Source: Nitrospirota bacterium (GTDB lineage: Bacteria > Nitrospirota > Thermodesulfovibrionia > Thermodesulfovibrionales > SM23-35). From it: a DNA stretch of 64,000 bases. Of the stretch, positions 34,895-43,653 are shown in pieces (the stretch's first letter is position 1; the number at the start of each line of letters is the position of its first letter). The stretch spans positions 23,818-87,817 of the forward strand of contig JBFLWW010000002.1 in NCBI GenBank assembly GCA_040757475.1. The letters are read 5' to 3'. The translations under genes were made by a program, and so were the position numbers. A model generated the notes under the pieces. The model saw nothing but the letters and a program-made list of their open reading frames with translations, was not told the origin of the DNA and made no database searches.

Positions 34895-36025
34895 ATGAGG
34901 GTAATAATAGCAGGAGGAGGTACAGGTGGACATCTTTTCCCAGGCTTGGCAATAGCTGAGGAGTTTAAGAGAAGGGATGAAAAAACAGAGGTTATATTTG
35001 TCGGGACAGAGCACGGTATAGAGGCGAAGGTAATCCCGAGAGAAGGATACCCGATAAGACTTTTAAGGGCAGAGGGCATCGTGGGCGTATCTGTAATCAA
35101 AAAGGTAAGGGCGGCCGTCAAGATGTTCCTTTCTGTGATTGATTCCTACAGGATCCTCAGGGCAGTGAAGCCTGCTATAGTTATAGGGGTCGGAGGATAT
35201 GCATCAGGGGTATTTGTATTTACTGCATATCTCATGTCAATACCAACAATGATACACGAGCAAAATTCTGTTCCCGGCCTTGCAAATAGAATCCTCGGAA
35301 AATTCGTGAGGGCAATATGCACAACATATCAGGAGAGTCTCTCATTCTTTCCAAGGGCCAGGAGTTTTCTTACAGGAAACCCTGTAAGGATGCAAATACT
35401 AAAGGGCAGCAGGGATTCTGCATACAGACTCTTCTACCTCGACAGTGATCTATTTACAGTATTTATCTTCGGAGGGAGTTTGGGTGCATCGAGTATAAAC
35501 AGGGCTATGGTAGATGCCCTCAATTATCTATATGACCTGAGAGACAAGATCCAATTTCTCCACCAGACAGGAGAAAAAGATTACGAAAATATTCGTGAGG
35601 TATACCGAAGGCTGGGGTTTAAAGGGATGGTCGCTTCGTTTATATATCAGATGGCTGAGGCATATGCAGTTGCAGATATAGTTATTTCAAGGGCGGGTGC
35701 AACAGCCCTGTCAGAACTGACTGCTATCGGAAAGCCTGCAATATTAATCCCTTATCCATATGCAGCAGGACAACATCAGGAATTGAATGCAGGTAAGCTC
35801 GTTGAGATGGGTGCAGCTAAGATGATACTTGACAGTGAGCTTAGAGGCGAATCTCTTGCCAGTTATATAAGAGAATTGTATATGAATAAGGCACTGAGAG
35901 AGGAGATGCAGAAACAGAGCCGCTCGCTTGGAAGGCCTGAGGCATGCAGTAAGGTGGTTGATATAGCAATGAGCTTCATAAGACAGTCAATAGTCAGTAG
36001 TCATCAGCCAAAAGGAGAGGGATAG
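34895..36025 (+). CDS. murG: UDP-GlcNAc--lipid I transferase MurG
   Basis: Contains GGTGGHLFPGLA and QHQELNA. Confidence 0.9.
   Translation: MRVIIAGGGTGGHLFPGLAIAEEFKRRDEKTEVIFVGTEHGIEAKVIPREGYPIRLLRAEGIVGVSVIKKVRAAVKMFLSVIDSYRILRAVKPAIVIGVGGYASGVFVFTAYLMSIPTMIHEQNSVPGLANRILGKFVRAICTTYQESLSFFPRARSFLTGNPVRMQILKGSRDSAYRLFYLDSDLFTVFIFGGSLGASSINRAMVDALNYLYDLRDKIQFLHQTGEKDYENIREVYRRLGFKGMVASFIYQMAEAYAVADIVISRAGATALSELTAIGKPAILIPYPYAAGQHQELNAGKLVEMGAAKMILDSELRGESLASYIRELYMNKALREEMQKQSRSLGRPEACSKVVDIAMSFIRQSIVSSHQPKGEG
35984..36011 (+). repeat. AGTCA-type heptamer array forming the murG C-terminal tail
   Basis: cagtcaa tagtcag tagtcat cagccaa, which translates QSIVSSHQP. Confidence 0.8.
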
Positions 36026-37437
36026 TGTTTGAGAGATACAGAGTAATACATTTTGTTGGAGTAGGTGGCATAGGGATGTCAGGTATTGCAGAACTCCTTC
36101 ACAACCTCGGCTATGAGGTTACAGGCTCAGATTTAAGGGATTCAGAGACAACAAGGAGATTGAGAGAATTAGGCATGAAAGTCTATATAGGCCATAAGGC
36201 AGAGAATATAGACAATGCCCATGTGGTGGTTGTATCCTCAGCAGTCCTGGGTAATAATCCTGAAGTGCTTGAGGCAGAGAGAAGATCTATACCTGTAATT
36301 CCGCGTGCAGAAATGCTCGCAGAGCTGGCAAGACTGAAATACGGGATACTTATTGCAGGTGCACATGGCAAGACGACTACAACCTCATTAATATCCACTA
36401 TCCTTGCACATGGAGGCTTTGACCCTACAGTTGTTATTGGTGGAAAACTTAAGGGATTAGGTAGTAATGCAAGGCTTGGTGAGGGAAAATTTCTTGTTGC
36501 AGAGGCTGATGAGAGTGACGGTTCATTCCTGAAACTCTCTCCAACTATTGCGGTTGTCACAAATATAGACAGGGAACACATGGATTTCTTCAAGACAATG
36601 GATTCATTGAAAGAGGCATTTCTATCCTTTATGAATAAGGTCCCATTTTATGGTGTATCAATAGTGTGCATTGAGAACGAACATCTCCGTGAACTTTTAC
36701 CATCTATCCACAGGAGATACATCACTTATGGACTCTCTCAAGATGCGGAGCTTTGTGCAACAAATATAAAAAGGGGCTTTATGTCAATGAGTTTTGATGT
36801 GTTGCATAAAGGAGAAAACATTGGGAATTTTACTATCCCTGTCATAGGGATACATGATGTCCTTAATAGTCTTGCGAGTATCGGGACAGCATTAGAACTC
36901 CAGATGGATGTATCGAAGATAAAGGATGCATTGAAGGGTTTCAGCGGTATACAGAGGAGGTTTGAGTTCAAAGGGGAAGCTGGAGGCATAAGGGTATTCG
37001 ATGATTACGGTCACCACCCCACAGAGGTAGAGGCAACCTTGAAGGCAGGGAAGGAAGGACTCTTAAATACTCAGAAGTCAAAAGTCGAGGGTCGAGAGTC
37101 AGGAAGATTATTTGTCATTTTCCAGCCTCATAGGTATACGAGGACAAGAGACCTGATGCAGGAGTTTTCTCTTTCATTTAAGGATGCAGATTCTCTCGTC
37201 CTTCTGGATATTTATTCTGCAGGAGAGAAACCTATAGAAGGCGTAAGCTCAGCAACATTGTGTGAAAGTATTAAAAAAGCAGGTCATAAAAGTGTTGTGT
37301 ATATGAAAGATAGGAAAGATGCGATAGGACATATTATCTCAAATATACGTGGGGGCGATGTACTGCTTACGCTTGGTGCTGGAGATATATGGAAAGTGGG
37401 GGAAGAGATACTCAATAAGTTAAAAATGAAGGGTTAA
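36025..37437 (+). CDS. murC: UDP-N-acetylmuramate--L-alanine ligase MurC
   Basis: Contains HFVGVGGIGMSG, GAHGKTTTTS and FQPHRYTRT. Confidence 0.9.
   Translation: MFERYRVIHFVGVGGIGMSGIAELLHNLGYEVTGSDLRDSETTRRLRELGMKVYIGHKAENIDNAHVVVVSSAVLGNNPEVLEAERRSIPVIPRAEMLAELARLKYGILIAGAHGKTTTTSLISTILAHGGFDPTVVIGGKLKGLGSNARLGEGKFLVAEADESDGSFLKLSPTIAVVTNIDREHMDFFKTMDSLKEAFLSFMNKVPFYGVSIVCIENEHLRELLPSIHRRYITYGLSQDAELCATNIKRGFMSMSFDVLHKGENIGNFTIPVIGIHDVLNSLASIGTALELQMDVSKIKDALKGFSGIQRRFEFKGEAGGIRVFDDYGHHPTEVEATLKAGKEGLLNTQKSKVEGRESGRLFVIFQPHRYTRTRDLMQEFSLSFKDADSLVLLDIYSAGEKPIEGVSSATLCESIKKAGHKSVVYMKDRKDAIGHIISNIRGGDVLLTLGAGDIWKVGEEILNKLKMKG
37073..37100 (+). repeat. Degenerate period-7 array (NNNNGTC x4) inside murC
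   Basis: agaagtc aaaagtc gagggtc gagagtc, which translates QKSKVEGRES. Confidence 0.65.
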
Positions 37438-37461
37438 AAGTGAAAAGTGAAAAGTTAAAAG
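37434..37461 (+). repeat. TGAAAAG array (reverse orientation of TCACTTT) at the murC/murB junction
   Basis: ttaaaag tgaaaag tgaaaag ttaaaag. It contains the murB GTG start and translates VKSEKLKE. Confidence 0.85.
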
Positions 37462-38366
37462 AAATATTTTCTAAGTGCTCCTTTGAAGGCGAGGTTAAAA
37501 TTATGGAGCTGATGAAGAATCATACCTCGTTAAGGATTGGAGGCCCTGCTGATGTCTTTACTATACCTCAGAACATGGCATCAATCAGGGATGTGATAGG
37601 CATTTTAAAAGAAAGGCATATACCATTTTCCCCTCTCGGCGGAGGAACAAATATCCTGGTGAAAGATGGAGGCATAGAAGGGGTTGTTATATCATTCAGG
37701 TCTTTTAAACGGATTGAGGCTATAAGAGAAGAGGACAAGTATGTGGATTTATCTGTCGAGGCAGGAACACCACTTCAGGGGCTTGTGAACTTTTCAAAAT
37801 GGAATGGTTATTCAGGGATTGAAGGCCTTGCAGGTATACCTGGCTCTGTTGGTGGAGCAGTATGTGGGAATGCAGGTTCTTTCGGATATGAGATAAAAGA
37901 TGTGCTTGTATCTGTTGCAATAATGGATGCTGAAGGGAAACTTAATATACGTAGGGTAGAGGACCTCGGATTCGGGTACAGGAAGTCTAATATTTCCCAG
38001 AATGAGATGATTATGAGTGCAAACATCAGGCTGCGAAAGGGTAAGAAGGAGGAGGTGTTGGCTACGATAGAAGATTTCTTGAAAGAGAGGCGTAAGAGGC
38101 AGCCAATTTTAGAACCATCTGCTGGATGTGTATTTAAAAACCCTGACGGTTTATCTGCAGGTAGGTTGATAGATGAAGCAGGCTGCAAAGGTATGAGGAT
38201 TGGTGATGTTGAGGTGAGCAACCTTCATGCAAATTTTTTCATAAATAAAGGGAAGGCAAAGGCATCAGATTTCATTAGGCTGATGGAGGAGGTTGCTTAC
38301 AGGGTCAAGGAGAAATTTGGGATTGTGCTTGAGCATGAGATAAGGATAATAGGAAGAGATGCGTAG
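37440..38366 (+). CDS. murB: UDP-N-acetylenolpyruvoylglucosamine reductase MurB
   Basis: Contains HTSLRIGGPADVF, GGGTNILV and SAGCVFKNP. Confidence 0.9.
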   Translation: MKSEKLKEIFSKCSFEGEVKIMELMKNHTSLRIGGPADVFTIPQNMASIRDVIGILKERHIPFSPLGGGTNILVKDGGIEGVVISFRSFKRIEAIREEDKYVDLSVEAGTPLQGLVNFSKWNGYSGIEGLAGIPGSVGGAVCGNAGSFGYEIKDVLVSVAIMDAEGKLNIRRVEDLGFGYRKSNISQNEMIMSANIRLRKGKKEEVLATIEDFLKERRKRQPILEPSAGCVFKNPDGLSAGRLIDEAGCKGMRIGDVEVSNLHANFFINKGKAKASDFIRLMEEVAYRVKEKFGIVLEHEIRIIGRDA

Positions 38367-39063
38367 GGTCGTTATTTTTCTAATTATCTCTGCACTTGTA
38401 ATAAGCGTATCTGTTTATATTTCAGGCACAATAAAATCAGTATTCCCAATTAAACATTTTATATTTAGTGGGAACAAACATCTAACAGATGATGAACTCA
38501 AGATACTCGCGGGTCTTTACGGAGGTGAAGGACTGATTACGATTTCAAGCAAAGAGGTAAGTCAAAGGTTGCTCAAATCCCCATGGATAAGATCTGTGAG
38601 CCTGAGAAAAGAATTTCCTGAGACACTATCAGTAGTGATAGAGGAGGCGGTGCCACTTGCGCTTCTTGACATGAATGGCCATCTCTTCCTGATAGACGAC
38701 AATGGCAAACTTCTTGAAGAGCTTAAGGATGGGTCTGTGCCTTTTATCCCGATAATTACAGGGAATCCGTTTAAAGAAAGGGAGGCTTTTTCTGAGGCAC
38801 TCAATCTTGTAAACGTGATGAAGTCTAAAGGGCTTTCATCAGGGAAAGACCACATTGAGGTAATTGCACAGAGGCCGCAGGAACTCGCAGTAAACATTGA
38901 TGGAATTATTGTGAAGATAGGAACTGGTGGATATCAGGAAAAACTTGAAAGGCTGATTGAGCTGGAGGATGAGATAAAGAGGAGGAATATCGCTGTTGAT
39001 TACATAGATCTAAGATTTACAAACAAGGTGATATTGAAACCGATAAAAGAGGTTGTTAAGTGA
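38359..39063 (+). CDS. ftsQ: Cell division protein FtsQ (TM + POTRA)
   Basis: N-terminal TM, then the POTRA-like block IKHFIFSGNKHLTDDEL, in the expected dcw position. Confidence 0.75.
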   Translation: MRRVVIFLIISALVISVSVYISGTIKSVFPIKHFIFSGNKHLTDDELKILAGLYGGEGLITISSKEVSQRLLKSPWIRSVSLRKEFPETLSVVIEEAVPLALLDMNGHLFLIDDNGKLLEELKDGSVPFIPIITGNPFKEREAFSEALNLVNVMKSKGLSSGKDHIEVIAQRPQELAVNIDGIIVKIGTGGYQEKLERLIELEDEIKRRNIAVDYIDLRFTNKVILKPIKEVVK

Positions 39064-40265
39064 ACAGTGGAAGTATAGTCGTTGGCCTTGATGTTGGAAC
39101 TACAAAGATATGCGCTGTTGTTGGAGAAGTGACCGAGGACAGTATAGATATACTTGCAGTCGGCACATCCCCATCAATAGGCCTGAGGAAGGGCATGGTC
39201 ATAAGTATAGAATCCACTGCGGAGTCCATAAAGAAAGCAGTGCAAGAGGCTGAATCACGCGTAGGGGTTGAAATAAGGGCTGTATATGTTGGCATTACAG
39301 GTGGACACATTAAAGTGTTTAAAAGTTACGGTGCTGTAGGCATAAAAGGTAAAGAGGTCACACCTCTGGATATTGAGCGTGTAATAGATTCAGCAAAGGC
39401 TGTGTATGTGCCCCTCGACAGGGAAGTTCTCCATATAATCCCAACAGAATTTATACTGGACGGACAGGACGGAATCAAGAACCCTGTTGGAATGATAGGG
39501 AGAAGGCTTGAGGCAAAGGTTCATATAATCACAGGTGCAGTGACATCTGTTCATAACCTTCTTAAATGCTGCGAAAAGGCAGGTCTTGAAGTCATTGACA
39601 TAGTCTTCGAACCCCTCGCATCAGCAGAGGCAACTCTAACGCATAATGAGAAAGAACTCGGAGTTGCACTTATAGATATGGGGGGCGGTACTACAGATAT
39701 AGTCCTGTATAAAGATGGATGGCTACGGCACACATCAATCCTTACGATTGGAGGGAATCATTTAACAAATGATGTGGCAGTTGGCCTCAGGATTCCTGTG
39801 TCCGAGGCTGAGAGGATTAAAAAGAGCTTTGGCTTTGCTACAGCAAGTATGGTAGGTGATTCCGAAGAGATAGATATATCTCAGGGAGGACAGTTGAGAA
39901 GGATACCGCGCAGATATTTATCAGAGATTATACAGCCGAGGTGTGAGGAACTATTAGAATTAATAAAAGGAGAATTGAATGCCTGCTCAGGATACGATAT
40001 CGCAGCATCTGGTGTTGTACTTACAGGAGGCGCCTCTCTGCTTAATGGCCTTGACAGAATGACTGAGACAATACTTGGCCTTCCTGTCAGGATGGGGATT
40101 CCTGAAAACGGAGGGGCCAATATAAACAGTCCAATATACGCAACAGGTGTGGGTCTTGTACTTTATGGCTTAGAGACAGAATATAGGTCCTATATGACCT
40201 ATGGGGATAATTTTACAGGGATATTTGGAAGGATGAAAGGTTGGGTAATGGAAATATTTAGATAA
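39060..40265 (+). CDS. ftsA: Cell division protein FtsA
   Basis: Actin-like motifs VGLDVGTTKICAVVGE and DMGGGTTD. Confidence 0.9.
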   Translation: MNSGSIVVGLDVGTTKICAVVGEVTEDSIDILAVGTSPSIGLRKGMVISIESTAESIKKAVQEAESRVGVEIRAVYVGITGGHIKVFKSYGAVGIKGKEVTPLDIERVIDSAKAVYVPLDREVLHIIPTEFILDGQDGIKNPVGMIGRRLEAKVHIITGAVTSVHNLLKCCEKAGLEVIDIVFEPLASAEATLTHNEKELGVALIDMGGGTTDIVLYKDGWLRHTSILTIGGNHLTNDVAVGLRIPVSEAERIKKSFGFATASMVGDSEEIDISQGGQLRRIPRRYLSEIIQPRCEELLELIKGELNACSGYDIAASGVVLTGGASLLNGLDRMTETILGLPVRMGIPENGGANINSPIYATGVGLVLYGLETEYRSYMTYGDNFTGIFGRMKGWVMEIFR

Positions 40266-40279
40266 AGGAGGTATTTATT

Positions 40280-41437
40280 ATGTTCGAGATTGAAGAGGTA
40301 AAAGGACAGACAGCAAAAATAAGAGTTATAGGTGTAGGAGGTGGGGGGGGGAATGCGGTCAATAACATGATAGCATCTAACCTCCAGGGAGTTGATTTTA
40401 TAGCTGTTAATACAGACATGCAGGTTCTCGAAACCTCTCTTGCGCCTACTAAGGTACAAATAGGTGCCACCCTTACAAAAGGGTTAGGGGCAGGCTCAAA
40501 CCCTGAGATCGGAAGAACTGCAGCCCTTGAAGACAGAGCAGCAATCATTGAATGCCTTGAGGGCTCTGATATGGTTTTCATAACTGCTGGTATGGGTGGA
40601 GGTACAGGTACAGGTGCAGCACCTGTAATTGCAGGTATCGCAAGAGAACTTGGGGCCCTTACAGTTGCAGTTATCACAAAGCCATTTTTCTATGAAGGGA
40701 AAAAGAGGTCAATTAATGCAGAGGAGGGCATTAAGGAACTGAAGAAATATATTGACACCCTTATCGTCATCCCGAATGATAGAATCAGCCTTGTTGTTGA
40801 AAAGGGGACCCCTATGCTCAAATCCTTTGCTGTGGCTAATAATGTCCTGAGACAGGCAGTACAGGGGATATCTGACATCATCCTGATCCCGGGCCTGATC
40901 AATGTTGACTTCGCAGACATTAAGACAATTATGGAGAATATGGGACGTGCTCTCATGGGCTCCGGATCAGGCAAAGGAGAAGGAGGAGCACTCGAGGCAG
41001 CCAGAAAGGCTATATCAAATCCCCTTCTCGAGGATTCCTCAATTGAAGGGGCAAAAGGTATCCTCATCAATATTACAGGTGGCCTTGAACTCTCATTGAG
41101 CGATGTGGAGAATGCGACCTCTCTTATCCATGATTCCGCACACGAGGATGTAAATATAATATTCGGTGCAGTGATAAACCCTGATATAACTGATGAGGTA
41201 AGCGTTACTGTGATTGCAACAGGCTTTGATGAACATAAAGAGAAGGTAGAACTACCACGGATAAAGAAGTGGACACCTTTCAGGGAGCCGGCAAGCTTTA
41301 AAGGAGCGGACAGGGTTCTTGCAAAAACTCTGAGAACAGATTATGAAATAGATGTAATGTCAACAGACCTTATGCCATATGAAGACCCTATTGATATACC
41401 AACGTTTTTGAGGAAGTCACACCAAAGAGAAATTTAA
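40280..41437 (+). CDS. ftsZ: Cell division GTPase FtsZ
   Basis: Contains GVGGGGGNAVNNM and GMGGGTGTGAAPVIA. AAAGGAGG lies upstream. Confidence 0.95.
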   Translation: MFEIEEVKGQTAKIRVIGVGGGGGNAVNNMIASNLQGVDFIAVNTDMQVLETSLAPTKVQIGATLTKGLGAGSNPEIGRTAALEDRAAIIECLEGSDMVFITAGMGGGTGTGAAPVIAGIARELGALTVAVITKPFFYEGKKRSINAEEGIKELKKYIDTLIVIPNDRISLVVEKGTPMLKSFAVANNVLRQAVQGISDIILIPGLINVDFADIKTIMENMGRALMGSGSGKGEGGALEAARKAISNPLLEDSSIEGAKGILINITGGLELSLSDVENATSLIHDSAHEDVNIIFGAVINPDITDEVSVTVIATGFDEHKEKVELPRIKKWTPFREPASFKGADRVLAKTLRTDYEIDVMSTDLMPYEDPIDIPTFLRKSHQREI

Positions 41438-41488
41438 TCATAAGGGAATGCTAACACCATTATTGGGGTTTTAAGCTTCCCTCCACCG

Positions 41489-41509
41489 GGGGCTTCCAAA
41501 GGAAGCCCC
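41489..41509. terminator. Bidirectional hairpin between ftsZ and the 5S rRNA
   Basis: GGGGCTTCC-AAA-GGAAGCCCC, a 9-bp GC-rich stem. Confidence 0.5.
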
Positions 41510-41538
41510 TCCCCCCTTCTGTTATCTATTAATCTTAA

Positions 41539-41657
<119 letters not shown>

Positions 41658-41685
41658 TTTTTTATAGAAATAACATCAGAATATT

Positions 41686-41736
41686 AAAAATTGCAAATTG
41701 AAAATTTTAAATTTCAAATTTAAAATCTAAAAATTC
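41686..41736. repeat. AAATTNN heptamer array between 5S rRNA and tRNA-Ala
   Basis: aaattgc aaattga aaatttt aaatttc aaattta aaatcta aaaattc. Confidence 0.8.
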
Positions 41737-41812
41737 TGGTGGAGGTGAACGGGATCGAACCGATGACCTCCTGCTTGCAAAGCAGGCGCTCTCCCATCTG
41801 AGCTACACCCCC
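41737..41812 (-). tRNA. tRNA-Ala (anticodon UGC), CCA encoded
   Basis: Reads GGGGGTGTAGCTCAGATGGGAGAGCGCCTGCTTTGCAAGCAGGAGGTCATCGGTTCGATCCCGTTCACCTCCACCA. The G3:U70 Ala identity pair is present. Confidence 0.95.
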
Positions 41813-41849
41813 ACTCAAAAATTTGCAAAGCAAATTTTTGAGTTTAAAA

Positions 41850-41926
<77 letters not shown>

Positions 41927-41957
41927 CAGAAAAGTAGGTTTTCAAAGAACACTTAAC

Positions 41958-41987
41958 AATATAACTAATATTATTCAACTTTGTCAA
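41958..41987 (-). promoter_or_regulatory. Sigma70-like promoter for the tRNA-Ile/tRNA-Ala/5S unit
   Basis: On the minus strand: TTGACA (41987-41982), an 18-nt spacer, then TATATT (41963-41958). It lies about 30 nt upstream of tRNA-Ile. Confidence 0.5.
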
Positions 41988-42059
41988 ACACTCGAATTGC
42001 CTCATCAAAAATAAATCTACACGAAATAAATCGGTTTGTTGCCTCAATATTTGTCGAAC

Positions 42060-42848
42060 CTATCGTCGAAAGTTCCAATGAGGTGAAAGATACTTTTTAG
42101 CCTCAAGCTCCTGTGCAAAAGATACCTCCTCCTGAGAAGGAGATGAAGGTGTAAACCTTATATCAAAGGCTTCTTCAAAAGAAATCCTGATAGCATTTTT
42201 TAGTTCATCAGGGTTTAAATTAGGTAATACCTCTTTTAATCCAGTAATTGCCTCTCTTATCCCATGAGTGGACTCGAGTTTGAATATCTTAATCATCTCA
42301 TCCTTATCGAGGATATATGGGATGGACCCCTGCTGAAGCAGGCCATCAGGCCAGCGTTTCTGTGCAGAGCCTATAACCTTCTTATTGTTTATAGTAATCT
42401 CTCCGTATGATGTGGATTGAAAACACAAAGGACTTTTGGAGTAACGAGTTTTTCTGAGCAATTTTAACTCTGGCGAGAGACCAATTTTTGATAGTGCAAG
42501 ACTCAGGGCAGTGCTAATCTTTTTATAGCTGTCGAGTAATCCCTTTGAGAATAGCCCCCATGTTGTTTTCACAGAAAAACTGTATGTGATATCATGGCTA
42601 TGCAGAATTGCACGGCCTCCAGTAAGCCTTCTGACAATTGGAATCTGTTTCTCAATGCAGTAATCAATGTCAATATCACTGATCTTCTGAAAGCATCCGA
42701 GGCTCACTGATAGTATATTCCATCCATAGAGCCTCAATGTTGGAGGTACATTATCCTTTCTGACAGCAGTTGTAATCGCCTCATCCAGAGCCATATTGCA
42801 GGCTGCGCTGCGTGACCCAGTATCAATAAAACGCCAGACATCAGTCAT
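42060..42848 (-). CDS. Lipoate-protein ligase / octanoyltransferase family protein (BPL/LPL catalytic domain only)
   Basis: 262 aa. Contains RRLTGGRAILH and the catalytic Lys block KKVIGSAQKR. Confidence 0.75.
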   Translation of the reverse strand: MTDVWRFIDTGSRSAACNMALDEAITTAVRKDNVPPTLRLYGWNILSVSLGCFQKISDIDIDYCIEKQIPIVRRLTGGRAILHSHDITYSFSVKTTWGLFSKGLLDSYKKISTALSLALSKIGLSPELKLLRKTRYSKSPLCFQSTSYGEITINNKKVIGSAQKRWPDGLLQQGSIPYILDKDEMIKIFKLESTHGIREAITGLKEVLPNLNPDELKNAIRISFEEAFDIRFTPSSPSQEEVSFAQELEAKKYLSPHWNFRR

Positions 42849-42918
42849 GAAAAACTATAAACTACATGTCCACAAGATGTAAACCCCCTGATATTGTCAA
42901 GGAAATTTTCTATGTGGT

Positions 42919-43569
42919 ATGCTTATTCGTATGCCTTTTACAGTTTGGTTTTTTTCACTTCTCACTTTTCACTTTTCACTTTTTGCTGTCTCTTTTGCTG
43001 CCTCATCCGTTGAGGAGGACATCGCAAGAATCCAGAAGGCTTATGATAGCATTAAAGACATTAAGGGAAGTTTTGTACAAAAGAGCCATATAAAGGACCT
43101 GAAGCGAACAGATACTTATAAAGGAGAATTCTTTATAAAGAGGCCACAGAAGATGAGGTGGGAATATAAAGGCGATAAAGCTCAGGAGGTAATCATCAAC
43201 AACAAGGATATCATAATATACCAGAAGGAAGAAAGGCAGGCGTTTAGAGGTAAATTTGATAGAGATACATATGGTCAGGCACCCATAGCCCTCCTCAGCG
43301 GATTCAGAGACATACAGAAGGAGTTTGTTGTATCAAAGAAAAATAGCACTCTTCTGCTTAAACCAATAAGGCCGATGGGAAATATCCTGTCTATTAAGAT
43401 AGAGCTTTCTGATAATAAATTCCCTATCAACTCATTTACCATAAACGACACGCACTCAAATTTGATAAAGATTATGCTGAAGGGCGTGAAGATAAATACA
43501 GGCTTGAAGGATTCTATTTTCGAGATTTCATTACCAGAAGACACGAAAATAGTGGATGAATTTCTTTAG
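42919..43569 (+). CDS. lolA: LolA-like periplasmic lipoprotein carrier
   Basis: Signal peptide, then IKGSFVQKSHIKDLKRTDTYKGEFFIKRPQKMRWEY, a LolA-type pattern. The signal-peptide h-region is a heptamer array. Confidence 0.6.
   Translation: MLIRMPFTVWFFSLLTFHFSLFAVSFAASSVEEDIARIQKAYDSIKDIKGSFVQKSHIKDLKRTDTYKGEFFIKRPQKMRWEYKGDKAQEVIINNKDIIIYQKEERQAFRGKFDRDTYGQAPIALLSGFRDIQKEFVVSKKNSTLLLKPIRPMGNILSIKIELSDNKFPINSFTINDTHSNLIKIMLKGVKINTGLKDSIFEISLPEDTKIVDEFL
42951..42985 (+). repeat. C(T)TTTCA heptamer array forming the LolA-like signal-peptide h-region
   Basis: tttttca cttctca cttttca cttttca ctttttg, which translates FFSLLTFHFSLF. Confidence 0.9.
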
Positions 43570-43595
43570 GAAATTGTTGGAATTATAGAATTTAC

Positions 43596-43624
43596 TTGAA
43601 TTTTTTAAATAAATTTTATATAGT
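43596..43624 (+). promoter_or_regulatory. Sigma70-like promoter of the sensor-kinase operon
   Basis: TTGAAT, a 17-nt spacer, then TATAGT. Confidence 0.5.
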
Positions 43625-43653
43625 TTAAAATAAAGGCAGATAACCAATGATAA

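Noticed and set aside
42866-43093. The 75-aa ORF that overlaps the LolA-like gene start in another frame.
   Set aside because: It stays open only because it runs through the stop-free heptamer array (42951-42985). It has no RBS, and the LolA-like frame continues into a recognisable domain.
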